Source of the DNA: a virus
Taxonomy: Duplodnaviria > Caudoviricetes
DNA: 64,000 nucleotides
Virus record (IMG/VR): IMGVR_UViG_3300021295_000003
Coordinates: 1 to 64,000 of that record
Direction: 5' to 3' (one strand)
Below are positions 50,501 through 58,308 of this stretch, piece after piece. Position 1 is the first letter of the stretch. Each line of letters starts with the position of its first letter. The notes beneath the pieces are model-generated. The model did no database searches and was not told the origin of the DNA. It saw nothing but the letters and a program-made list of their open reading frames with translations. A program made the position numbers and the translations under genes.

Positions 50501-53287
50501 AGCATTCATCTCCGCCCCAGTCTTTTTCAAAGCTTCGGCTAATGCTACCATTTGCTCTTTAAACTTTTCAGTTGAAGCATTATTTAATTTCTCTAATGCC
50601 TCTTGAACTTTTGTTATTTGGGAAAGATAATTACTGTATCCTCCAACGGTTTGTCTTCCTTGGTATTCGGTGGCTGATCCTCTTGTTCCAACACCACTAT
50701 TTAATTTCCACATTGCAGACGCTAAATGAGTAGTACGTTGATAGAATATACTTTCACGGTCTATTCCTTCAAGTAATTTAAAGTTAAATGTATTTAAAAC
50801 TTGTGTAGTTCTAACCATTGAGTCTGTTAGTTTATTATATCCTTGTGTTACATAATTAAGGCGTTCTTGTGTTTTTTGGAATGTATTATTAATTTTAGTC
50901 CAGTTTTCGTTGATTTCAGCAGTTCTTGTCATTCTACTAATAATCTCATTAGTTTCTGACTCAAAACGATTAAATTCAGTATTAACCTCTTTAATGGTAT
51001 TAGAAATCCCTCTTAACGCCCATACAAACTCTTGGGTAGCAGAAACACTTCTTCCAGTATCAGAGAATTTAGCAATTGCTTTATCAATCTCGGAAGCGGT
51101 TCTTTTAACAGTAATCTCTGCCTCCGCCCATACTTTTAAATAATTCTGAATATTCTGTGTTTTAATTTGTTTATTAGCAATTTCTTCTATAACATTGCCC
51201 CATTGCCTATAAAAATTTATAACTTCTGCATTTGGCATTCCAAATGGGTTAAGAGCGTCCGCTGCTTTTGTACCTTTAATGTTACGTTTAACCATCATAG
51301 CGTCAAGGACATACCCTTCGGCTCGTTGGGCTTCTCGTATTGCTTTTAACTGTTTTCCAGTTTCTGTGAAGTGTCTTCCTTGTGTACCTTTGTTTAACTC
51401 GTTATTTAACTTTTTAGCTTCGGTTGTGGCTTTTTTTTCTTCGTTAGTTAATTCTTCCAAAGGTTCAACAAGTTTAGGAATATTATTTTTATCTCCTATG
51501 TTTTCCACTTCTTTATCAAGTTTAGCGGTTTCTTTTACGGCTTTTTCTTCTTCTTCGGTTAATTCAATAATAGGCTCAACAAGACGAGGGATATTATTCT
51601 TATCTCCAAGTTCAGAAACTTCCTTGTCTAATTTAGCTGCTGCTTTACCTGCTTTTTCTTCTTCATTAGATAATTGTTTTATGGAGTTTACTCTTTGTTG
51701 GATTTCTTTGAAGTTACTTACACGGTCACTTAAAGTTCCACGATTATTAACTCCTACATTACTCATTCGGAGTTTTTTAAGTTGATTAGATAATTTAGCA
51801 GTTTCCTTTTCTGCATTCTTTTCAGAGGAGGTTAATTCTTTTACTTCTTGTGATACGGTTTTAACTTCATTACCTTTCCCCACTTTTTTAACTTCATTAT
51901 TGAGTTTTGTAGCTTCTACGGTTGCTTTACTTTCTTCTTTGGAAACCTCTTGAAAACTCTTCTTAACTTCTTCAACAGACTTTAAAGCAGATTTATCAAT
52001 ATATCCGAAATTTCGTCCAGCAATTTTAACAAATTTTTCAGGGTCACGTGAAGGGTACAATGAAGCCCCCATTCTCATAAGTGCATCTGACCATAACTTA
52101 TCAAATTCTCCTCTACTTTTAACTAATGGTTTAAATTGACTTTTTAATTGTTCATAAACCGGTTTTAATTCTACTGACCTTCCACTCATTGGAGCAATTG
52201 TTTTATACAACTCTTTTGTGAAACTTTTGTTTAAATCTGTTCCCACCTTACGATATTGAGCAGAAGTTTTCTTTGCTTGGGCTTCGGTTTTTTTCAAAGA
52301 CTCATTCAGTTTTTCAGTAGACTTAACCTCTGCGTCCAAACCTTTATCTTTACCCACTTTTGACAATTCACTATTTAACTTTGAAACTTCCCCTGCGGCT
52401 TTACGTGGAACAATCTCCATCTGCTCCAATTCTTTCAAAGTATTATGTAAATCCCATTTTTCAATTCTTTGGAAATTTGCGGCTCCCCCATTGAAATCTA
52501 ATGCACTTTTACGTGACCCGAACATTTTCTCCAATTTTTCAAGGTTATGAATGTTCTTTTTAAGCTCCTTGTCTATATCTCCCGGCATTACCAACTTTCT
52601 GAGAGGACTTTCATCAAGAATAGGTATCTGTTTACCCCACGCTTTTAACCCCTCTCCTATTTCATCTGTTAATCCATAGCTTAACCTTTTTATATCCCTA
52701 TATAGAGTCCTATCAATCCCTTCAAGAGCGGTTTGGTATTTTTTAGGTAATTGGTCGAAATTATCCCATAATTCTTCGTAGGAATATTTGGTTTTTCCGC
52801 TTAAATCTAATTTTTGTGTTTTTTTCTTTGAGGCAGCGAGTTTTTCGTTGGCTTTGGTTTCTTGGTTGATTATTTTTATATTGTCTTGTACTGCTTTGGT
52901 TTCTGTTTTTATTGCGTCTGCATTGGATTTATGAGATTTAACAGTATTATCTACACTTTTTTTAACATTATCAAGGGTAGTTTGGCTTTTCTTTAATTCA
53001 TTATTAGCGTTTTTAATTTCTTTTGTTAAAGATTTGTTTTCATCACGGAGATTATTTAATTGTTTCTTATAATCTTTACACTTGGTTTCTAAATCTTCTA
53101 TTTTAGTAGTGGACTGTTTTAACTGTTCTTGAACTTCTTTTAACTGTTTATTAACGTCCATTAATCCATTATTCTGTAACTGTGCTTTCAAAGAGTCCAC
53201 TTTACTCTGCAATTGTTTAACCTTATTATCAAAGTCCGAAGTGTCTAACTCAATCTTTGCACTTACGCTTCCAGCTGTATATGGCAA
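44552..53287 (-). CDS. Tape measure protein with C-terminal transglutaminase-like peptidase
   Basis: 2911 aa; AGSVSAKIELDTSDF N-terminus, coiled coils, hydrophobic segments; NCWDG..GHVWA..IIDP triad. Confidence 0.85.
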   Translation of the reverse strand: MPYTAGSVSAKIELDTSDFDNKVKQLQSKVDSLKAQLQNNGLMDVNKQLKEVQEQLKQSTTKIEDLETKCKDYKKQLNNLRDENKSLTKEIKNANNELKKSQTTLDNVKKSVDNTVKSHKSNADAIKTETKAVQDNIKIINQETKANEKLAASKKKTQKLDLSGKTKYSYEELWDNFDQLPKKYQTALEGIDRTLYRDIKRLSYGLTDEIGEGLKAWGKQIPILDESPLRKLVMPGDIDKELKKNIHNLEKLEKMFGSRKSALDFNGGAANFQRIEKWDLHNTLKELEQMEIVPRKAAGEVSKLNSELSKVGKDKGLDAEVKSTEKLNESLKKTEAQAKKTSAQYRKVGTDLNKSFTKELYKTIAPMSGRSVELKPVYEQLKSQFKPLVKSRGEFDKLWSDALMRMGASLYPSRDPEKFVKIAGRNFGYIDKSALKSVEEVKKSFQEVSKEESKATVEATKLNNEVKKVGKGNEVKTVSQEVKELTSSEKNAEKETAKLSNQLKKLRMSNVGVNNRGTLSDRVSNFKEIQQRVNSIKQLSNEEEKAGKAAAKLDKEVSELGDKNNIPRLVEPIIELTEEEEKAVKETAKLDKEVENIGDKNNIPKLVEPLEELTNEEKKATTEAKKLNNELNKGTQGRHFTETGKQLKAIREAQRAEGYVLDAMMVKRNIKGTKAADALNPFGMPNAEVINFYRQWGNVIEEIANKQIKTQNIQNYLKVWAEAEITVKRTASEIDKAIAKFSDTGRSVSATQEFVWALRGISNTIKEVNTEFNRFESETNEIISRMTRTAEINENWTKINNTFQKTQERLNYVTQGYNKLTDSMVRTTQVLNTFNFKLLEGIDRESIFYQRTTHLASAMWKLNSGVGTRGSATEYQGRQTVGGYSNYLSQITKVQEALEKLNNASTEKFKEQMVALAEALKKTGAEMNAFSNKAHMVMSSMDSMGMSNELAGKLSRISRELSHFSSISSKNKSALAKLSQQTTIYRDKLNVLETAFKKGEITAQTYESELTKLANKLKLLGSSSQQAIRELSLGNSELTKTGVNARNTGRGLTSFNNGVTQTAHSGRILSNTLYQIRGALLSLKMIFTAMGGMALWGFASQIAEGIKTTVTAKNEMEAQLKQNDKVGEGGIKYFRKELDKLTKTYKKVNKYSIGETVSSIGLEFDLTAKQMKDALPIVTMIQSEYVRAGRKSEEAALAVKDILQGEFQRLSRETGVGKEELVAYGWDEDKTNIDGLLKALKKAALDRHWDVFAKKATSLNDVLTITQSRFEETGADLLDSASPMIVEAFNMIIGAIDSVSTSFNSLNSFWRSFLWIGGGGALFGGILTALPMVTKGMGLADIATIGWSKSIATAALNLNKAEVAQYGFRRALAAVISGTKASEVANTRWTKSIMGRLLGVNQTVLAEKGYGKALLHNKALLKEGIDIERISFLERDKNGKLTGKLSKLELTRSQRLAYLTNNIKLSEAAELSRGKAILKTATSWKVLGLAIRGVMAIGIVAWLSSMAVQADLVKKRVEAFNEIVETGSDKLKEAKEESASYQKIMDKYANATSKEDKNKYAQAKANKAIVDGNVKELETANKLAKSYKAQNDEREKSIKLAQSSFRKQNLMAAGHSETEATEKQAFWVDKINQAQYEITNSYNKQYDWLEASSKHISENLEHMNETNRTQKDMDKYIMEYSTVAEEAGEHLKQFYQGDLMAGAYFAIDNLKLLWIDIWNNDAFLNFWKAVQKTWDDLKPTAYAIKDALVGIGEALLNFFGTESGRWVFAIGALGTGLGLIGLKIGKWVSGSDSVFEVLKKVGGKLKDVAKGWKDVKDNAEDAIEKTGGSTSTSTGGINGDVDKTKAKTPFKETLKSDAQNYARAAIGIVAGMLLITEAIILLKAPMWGLAEVGKQFKAQEPEIQAGIEGLKMISPVLAVLLPAVVGLSLIMDKYAPSYTQIVTGTLKAAIGIVAGMLLVAETIVMIIPSIWAIGALGDQYSGIQAQVQKGTQAMKIVSDSLMYLAPFIPALALAIATVAIAFANPILGAIMGTAITLGIPIGMLWVAETIWSLEYPLQQIGALGDKFTDLSNVQQGAEAIKLTAEALGYVEQAMSAFALIAWDSLATAVANLIGVKIGADLTQLTGEGGFFSQLETFITDFNKLEITQIDSAKVTTLSESATGIDSVKTALVTVKEALKDLPNFETDTRSPNEKYQDAVSGAATADTNGVTNYFEQLKQPIDQLNEFVKNFNENITVEPINPDKVAALQNSANGISAIQTAIDAVKNAMGSAVDASWQGNMASGGILGAAVGYLIGDGNPQASGLKSGLDELYMSVKDIMNFNTKINGLTATGSGDTSGVTNASNVVSALQTQINNTKTTLTGAIPTVKATAKNMGTAIVSGVKEGLTSLNSDVSSALTGLSDTMSSKGKGLGEKLSNGFKDNAKIKSTVETEVGYALQYLDERKQDFYDRGAALGTSLSNGFKDNNGLDQHSPGKMARAVSDEMGYIGQALTNTGGLNLPQMASQLAQSLTTNFNPTFGLGNIQLPNLDQFKQSISTILPTVTGMKSQVVTNFNAMKTGIQSSFTNIVAKTRSSLSNMKAATIGNIGNIKTSWRGMQDALIASADHIKTQTGQKINKLKSNLGEFWNKIKHPDQLIGSQGGHTGSIRRRFTGGRANGHYAGGTISRSQSLFKGRRSSGQPSDNSMLEYLKCMMETGKPCYAGGWNFNWTNKISKKFKGWNTHFGAYHLDDFLNVGKFENSNFPVKGRADVAKQYIFDVIRATDYDKYFDSNFGDDPVAALRAGAFNCWDGTNIVLAIARAFGFEGSRGHGTWNGIGHVWANIPGLGIIDPTAIQNRGSFTSSAVKGYNAGSMPRRYATKGDVPTNGGDTYNTNIEINVHGNDVEVNNKRIDERSGKQILDILGINPATGN

Positions 53288-53317
53288 TTTTATAATCCCC
53301 CGTTTAATTTAATTAGT

Positions 53318-53558
53318 TAAAATCCTGATCCGTAGGTAAGCGGTAGGATTTTCACCTACCTGTCCGAATAAAAAAAATTAGTAGTTCAATTTCACCTACC
53401 TACGGCGAAAGGTGAAAATATGAACATAAGTATAGGTACTGCCTCCAAAATGGTTTATTGGAGGAAGTCCTAAAATATCGTATCTTAACCATTAGAGGCA
53501 GATACCTAAATAAAGTAAAAGAGGATTTGCACCTCTTCAAAGAATACTATTTTTACTT
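53318..53558 (-). ncRNA. Candidate structured RNA with two T-loop-like hairpins
   Basis: Several long stems; GAGGTGCAAATCCTC and GGTAGGTGAAAATCCTACC; strand assumed from the operon. Confidence 0.5.
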
Positions 53559-54086
53559 TTAAATGAGTTTTGGAGGTATATCCCCTCCTCCACGTTTTAT
53601 AATACTTTCCAAGTATTTTGTGGAATGGTCTAATAATTCTCGTCCAGACATATATACTCCACGTTCAATAGCATATTTATGCCTTGCTCCACTTGGAGTA
53701 GCCCATTTATCTACCCCTGTTTCTTGATAGAACGCATAATCTCTTTCGATTATTCCCATTTCTTTATCCCCAAATTCAAACCATACTTTGGAGTCCGGAC
53801 TATGAGGTAATCGCATACCAGTATAAATGGCTTCTAATGTTGTTATTTCCCCATTAGAGAGTATTTGCCAATATTCTTCTTCTTGCCCACTTATATACAA
53901 GTTTGGGTTAAATTCAGTAGACATTCTTGGAGCAATATACCCATCTTCCTCTCCTTCGTGTCCTACCATTAATCGAGCCATTTTCTTTATCTCTTTTTCA
54001 GTAGTTTGGTGGAGAGTATTATAGATGTAGTCAAAGTATTCACTTATGGTGTCTTCTTTGATTGTTATTTTAGCATTAGTCTTCAT
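53559..54086 (-). CDS. Putative neck/tail-completion protein (HK97 gp10-like)
   Basis: DYAFYQETG motif; size. Confidence 0.4.
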   Translation of the reverse strand: MKTNAKITIKEDTISEYFDYIYNTLHQTTEKEIKKMARLMVGHEGEEDGYIAPRMSTEFNPNLYISGQEEEYWQILSNGEITTLEAIYTGMRLPHSPDSKVWFEFGDKEMGIIERDYAFYQETGVDKWATPSGARHKYAIERGVYMSGRELLDHSTKYLESIIKRGGGDIPPKLI

Positions 54087-54402
54087 TGAACATTTCCTCG
54101 TATAAGTCTTCGACTTCTGGGTTGTTTTGGCTTTCTGGTTTGTCTTTGTTTAATTCTCGGTTTTCCTCATCGATTACATCTAATTCCATACAGTATAATT
54201 TAGATGTAGTCCAAGTGTCAGCTTTCCAAAAATCATCAAGACTCCAACCTAACCCTTTTATTCTATGTGCTAATAAAAAATACATCTCCAATAAACCCTG
54301 TTCAATAGCCCAAGCCATTGAGGTGTTCATTGGAGTTAATCGTATTTCTTCATCGTTATTTTCTGTTTTAGAGTTGTTTTTGTCTTTCACGAAAACTGGC
54401 AA
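54076..54402 (-). CDS. Tail assembly chaperone, frameshift extension (gpT-like)
   Basis: Overlaps the chaperone in the +1 frame; no clear RBS; LGWSLDDFW. Confidence 0.6.
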   Translation of the reverse strand: MPVFVKDKNNSKTENNDEEIRLTPMNTSMAWAIEQGLLEMYFLLAHRIKGLGWSLDDFWKADTWTTSKLYCMELDVIDEENRELNKDKPESQNNPEVEDLYEEMFNED

Positions 54403-54946
54403 TGTCTTCCCTTATTTCGTTTTGGATTTTAGACTCTCTTTCACCGACCATACACATCTCGTAGTATTTGCTGATATTGGCAGCGATACGGTTGTCGATT
54501 GCGTCGGCTTTTTCGAGGAACTCTTTTGCGGTTATTCCATCGAGAATGGCTTCCATTTTACGTGCCATTATATCGTTTAATTCAGAGTCTAATTTGCTTG
54601 TTAAGTCTTCGTTTTCTTTGTTGAATTGTTTAACTTTATCTAAATGTTTTTCTTGTTTTTCCAAGAGTTTATCAAGTTCATCTTGCAATTTGAGGATTGT
54701 GTCGATGTCTTCTTCATCACCTTTATCTTCAAGTAATCTTATTCTTCTTTCTTTACTTTCGATTTGGCGGTCGATTTTTTCTCCTTCACGGTTAATGAGT
54801 TCAGACTCATCGGTTAAAGGTTCGATTTCTTTGATTTTTGCTTCCATTTCTTCGTCGAATGATTTTAAGACTTCATTCGGACATCTTTTGAAGTAATATT
54901 CGCCACCACAAATTGCTATACTTGTTTGAGTAAATTCTCTTGCCAT
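54368..54946 (-). CDS. Tail assembly chaperone (gpG-like)
   Basis: Between tail tube and TMP; GGAGGA RBS. Confidence 0.65.
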   Translation of the reverse strand: MAREFTQTSIAICGGEYYFKRCPNEVLKSFDEEMEAKIKEIEPLTDESELINREGEKIDRQIESKERRIRLLEDKGDEEDIDTILKLQDELDKLLEKQEKHLDKVKQFNKENEDLTSKLDSELNDIMARKMEAILDGITAKEFLEKADAIDNRIAANISKYYEMCMVGERESKIQNEIREDIASFRERQKQL

Positions 54947-54971
54947 AATTAACTTCCTCCTATGTGTTATG

Positions 54972-55043
54972 TGGGAACAGACGGATTTGAACCGTCATCA
55001 ATGGGTTTGGAGTCCATTATGATAGCCATTACACTATGCTCCC
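54972..55043 (-). tRNA. trnW: tRNA-Trp (CCA), intronless, no encoded CCA end
   Basis: Acceptor GGGAGCA/TGTTCCC-A; anticodon loop CT-CCA-AA; T arm GACGG-TTCAAAT-CCGTC; 72 nt. Confidence 0.85.
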
Positions 55044-55044
55044 C

Positions 55045-55084
55045 TAAAAAATAAAAAAAATAAACTTCTCCATTTATGGAGAAG
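55045..55084 (-). terminator. Hairpin plus T-tract after the tail tube gene
   Basis: CTTCTCCA-taaa-TGGAGAAG followed by T-rich run on the minus strand. Confidence 0.55.
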
Positions 55085-55089
55085 CTGGT

Positions 55090-56319
55090 TTATTCACCTG
55101 TAATTTGGGCTTCACTTGCTTTTAAAGCGTCTAATGTAGTTCCTTCGTTGTCAATGTGTAAATCTTCAAGGAAGGTAGTCATATCTACGGATAAGTAGGA
55201 TTGTTCAGGTTTTTCCAAGATTTTAAACTCCATAGTTAAATCTTTGGCTTCGTCACCTGATTTTGGGGACTCTACATTAGTTAATTCACAAACAGGACAT
55301 TTGATTAAACATTCAAATGGAATACCAGTATCAATAGTGTAGGTAGTAACTTCTTGACCGTCTACTGTGGTGGTATTGGTTTCGATGATTTTTTCTCCTT
55401 CCGCAATGGTGTTGGAATTAGACCATCTTGGTATAGAACCTCCGTATGCTCTAAACCATACTTGTTTGTGGGTAATTTCTTCGCTAACTACGTGTCCGTA
55501 CTTATTGAACGCTTCGTACTCAGGTTCAAAGAGTTTAGTTCCATCTACCCAAGGCATAGTAATACTACCTTCGGCTTCTCTTGCTCCCATAATCTTTGTG
55601 TTTTTACCAAATTCGTCAGCGTGACAAGATTGTGACTCTGCGTTATGGTTAATAGTAATAGAAGCTTCGGTGAAACAGTCAATAGGCACTTGTAACATTT
55701 CTTCTGCACTTGCTCCAACAGCTCCAACGTACACTTGGGTGTGTACTGCTTTTGCAAAGTAACTATTGGTTGGGAAACTCCTTGTAGGGTTTAATAAGTT
55801 GAAGTTGTTATAATCTGAAACGAAAGTTGGGTTAATTGTAGGTGCTTCGTCTGCACTAAAATTAATTTCTAATTCGTTTAAGAGTGCGTGGTTGAATACT
55901 CTTGCGTCGGTTTGGGTTTTAGCGAAACCATTGTAGATGGTTGCTAATGGTAATTCTTTATCGACGTCCGGTGGCATTTCAAAGTGGAAATCGTAGACAT
56001 CAGTACCGGTAGCGTGAGCTTGTTTGGTATAAGTACCTAATAAGAGGTAGAAGTAGTCTTCTAATCCTTCACCGTATCTGAATTTGTCTTCCCAAGATGG
56101 GCTTGACTCTGCGGTGGTACGGTATGAACCCATATCTAAATTAGATACACCGGTGTGTCCTTCGTCTGTTTCGGTTTCAATTTCGTTTCCGTCTTCAAAT
56201 CCAGTTTGTCTGATAGAAACGAGGTCTTTTGCATATTTGGTGGAGTCTTTTGCTAACTCTTCACTCAAAATTCCCATTTTAGTATAATGGAAACTTGCAT
56301 TTGGTGCTATATCAGCCAT
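55090..56319 (-). CDS. Major tail tube protein
   Basis: Acidic 409 aa, upstream of the chaperones and followed by a terminator. Confidence 0.7.
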   Translation of the reverse strand: MADIAPNASFHYTKMGILSEELAKDSTKYAKDLVSIRQTGFEDGNEIETETDEGHTGVSNLDMGSYRTTAESSPSWEDKFRYGEGLEDYFYLLLGTYTKQAHATGTDVYDFHFEMPPDVDKELPLATIYNGFAKTQTDARVFNHALLNELEINFSADEAPTINPTFVSDYNNFNLLNPTRSFPTNSYFAKAVHTQVYVGAVGASAEEMLQVPIDCFTEASITINHNAESQSCHADEFGKNTKIMGAREAEGSITMPWVDGTKLFEPEYEAFNKYGHVVSEEITHKQVWFRAYGGSIPRWSNSNTIAEGEKIIETNTTTVDGQEVTTYTIDTGIPFECLIKCPVCELTNVESPKSGDEAKDLTMEFKILEKPEQSYLSVDMTTFLEDLHIDNEGTTLDALKASEAQITGE

Positions 56320-56553
56320 CTATTTTTCCTCCTTTTTGTCTTTTTTTTCCTTTTTAGGTTTAATTACTTTTTTAGGTTCATTATAAACCTCGTAATTTCC
56401 ATTAATTTTAATACGATTGATTAAATACTCGTTGGAGTCAGGTACATCAATTATCATTCCATTGAATAATTGTTGCTGTGGTTTCATTACTTTATTTAAT
56501 ACAAGGTCTATGTCTTTGTACCCATTTCCTCCAATCCATTTAAATTTAGCCAT
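56320..56553 (-). CDS. Small hypothetical virion protein
   Basis: Position in the operon. Confidence 0.5.
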   Translation of the reverse strand: MAKFKWIGGNGYKDIDLVLNKVMKPQQQLFNGMIIDVPDSNEYLINRIKINGNYEVYNEPKKVIKPKKEKKDKKEEK

Positions 56554-56554
56554 T

Positions 56555-57001
56555 TTAATACCTCAATAAATAACTTAAAACAATCATAGATGAGTATAAA
56601 GTCTTACTTCCTTTATAGGACTCTGCGTCCTCACGGTTATTCCTCATTGCACGTATTTCAGATGTTTGTAAGAATGTTAAGTCAAGATTTGATGTTAATA
56701 ATAAATTATCAATTATTTCTTTCATTGACTCTGCATACTTGGTTAATCGTAGAGTTATACTACGTGGGTGGTTTGTATTATGTATAATGATTATATCGAG
56801 TTGCCTTTCATAAACACAACCAGTAGCGTCCAATTGATAAGGTTTCCCTTGCAATACTATTTCGGTTGTAGTCATATTATCAGGGATCAGCTCAATCATA
56901 TCCCATCTGACAGGAACTTTATTAAAATCTGTGTCATCAGTTATGGCTTTCCCTAATTGTTCTAATACTACTGCATACCTTGACATATTCTCGGTATCCA
57001 T
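56555..57001 (-). CDS. Putative tail terminator/completion protein
   Basis: Position and size. Confidence 0.45.
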   Translation of the reverse strand: MDTENMSRYAVVLEQLGKAITDDTDFNKVPVRWDMIELIPDNMTTTEIVLQGKPYQLDATGCVYERQLDIIIIHNTNHPRSITLRLTKYAESMKEIIDNLLLTSNLDLTFLQTSEIRAMRNNREDAESYKGSKTLYSSMIVLSYLLRY

Positions 57002-57004
57002 AGT

Positions 57005-57811
57005 TTACCACTTCCTGCGTCCTACTCTGAATAATTGCATTTGAATGTATTCTTCGTTTCGATTATTCTCGATGTTGGATAGGTAATTGGCAATTGCGGA
57101 GTCTACTTTTCCGAATAATCTGTCTGCATAGTTGTTAGACTCTGATTTAGGTTCTTTCATTGGTTTGGCTTCGTATTCCCAACGTGTTAGCCAAGCGAAT
57201 GCTCCTGCTGCCATATAAACGTATCTTTGAAGAGTTTTCGGTATTTCTATTGTACCTGTTTTCTCTTTTTTCATATCGTTAAGTCCACGAAATACGTAGT
57301 CTTCTCCGCTGTAACAGGCTTTTTCTATATCGGTTAAGGTATAGGTGTAGTCTAAACTTTTTATTATGAGGTTGAGTATTTCTACACCTGTTACATCTGT
57401 TCCGAAATCGATTTTTATACTTTCGAGTCCTGTGAGTTCACGGGTGAGGTCTACTGCGGTATTGTTTCGGTCTATCTCAAATAAAAGAATGTCTTCTTTA
57501 TCTGATGATATTTCGGTGTTCTTTGGTTTTACTGATAGGACACTTGCATTTCCGTTAAGTAGTGGACTAAAACTTAAAGTAATATTAGATACATCTACCT
57601 CAACTTGGTGACAATTGATAAAAACTTGCACATAATCAGTACCCTCAAACTCCGCATAGATTAATGGCAAGACAATACTATCTCCTTCAACAAAAGTTTC
57701 TTCTGTAAAGCAGACTGGTTCTTGTCTATCTACACGTGCTTTTGGTAAATATTCCAAGACTTTATAATAATCTTTCATTGTGAATTTAGAGGTCTTATCC
57801 TCTGTTATCAT
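57005..57811 (-). CDS. Putative head-tail adaptor
   Basis: Position after the MCP; helical C-terminus. Confidence 0.45.
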   Translation of the reverse strand: MITEDKTSKFTMKDYYKVLEYLPKARVDRQEPVCFTEETFVEGDSIVLPLIYAEFEGTDYVQVFINCHQVEVDVSNITLSFSPLLNGNASVLSVKPKNTEISSDKEDILLFEIDRNNTAVDLTRELTGLESIKIDFGTDVTGVEILNLIIKSLDYTYTLTDIEKACYSGEDYVFRGLNDMKKEKTGTIEIPKTLQRYVYMAAGAFAWLTRWEYEAKPMKEPKSESNNYADRLFGKVDSAIANYLSNIENNRNEEYIQMQLFRVGRRKW

Positions 57812-57839
57812 AGGTTAAAAACCTCCATTTATAATTTTT

Positions 57840-58301
57840 TTAGTCTAATGTTATATCGAAATGATTATTAGTTTTACTAACTTCAATAGGAGTCCAACGT
57901 GAAGAAAGTTCTACATCACCAGTTGGGTTCCCAGTAGCCATTACTCTATAACTGCCTGTTGGAATGTCCCTTATTGTGCAACCTCCTTGACTACCAGTAG
58001 TTCCAGTTCCTATTGTAGTAGGCGTTTCCTCATCTGTACCTATGGTTACAGTAGCATTATTAACAGGGTTTCCATTAGCAGTTACTGTAAAACTAACCTC
58101 TATTGAGCCAGTAGTAGGTTCAGATGTGCTACTTTGAGAGTCAGTAGAGGAAGAGTCATTAGACTCTCCTCCACTACCATTAGCATTCTCTAATGCCTCT
58201 AATCTATCCTCAAAATCCTGTAAAAGAGAGAATAACCTAACCTTTTGGATTTTACCCCTTTTCAACAATTTAACTTTGATACCTTGAAACATCAGTATCA
58301 A
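57840..58301 (-). CDS. Ig-like capsid-associated protein
   Basis: GNPVNNATVTIG..GTTGSQG..IPTGSYRV. Confidence 0.55.
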   Translation of the reverse strand: MILMFQGIKVKLLKRGKIQKVRLFSLLQDFEDRLEALENANGSGGESNDSSSTDSQSSTSEPTTGSIEVSFTVTANGNPVNNATVTIGTDEETPTTIGTGTTGSQGGCTIRDIPTGSYRVMATGNPTGDVELSSRWTPIEVSKTNNHFDITLD

Positions 58302-58308
58302 CTCCTAT

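Noticed and set aside
54972-55043. tRNA as an integration (att) site
   Set aside because: Flanked on both sides by contiguous tail genes; no second partial copy or adjacent integrase seen
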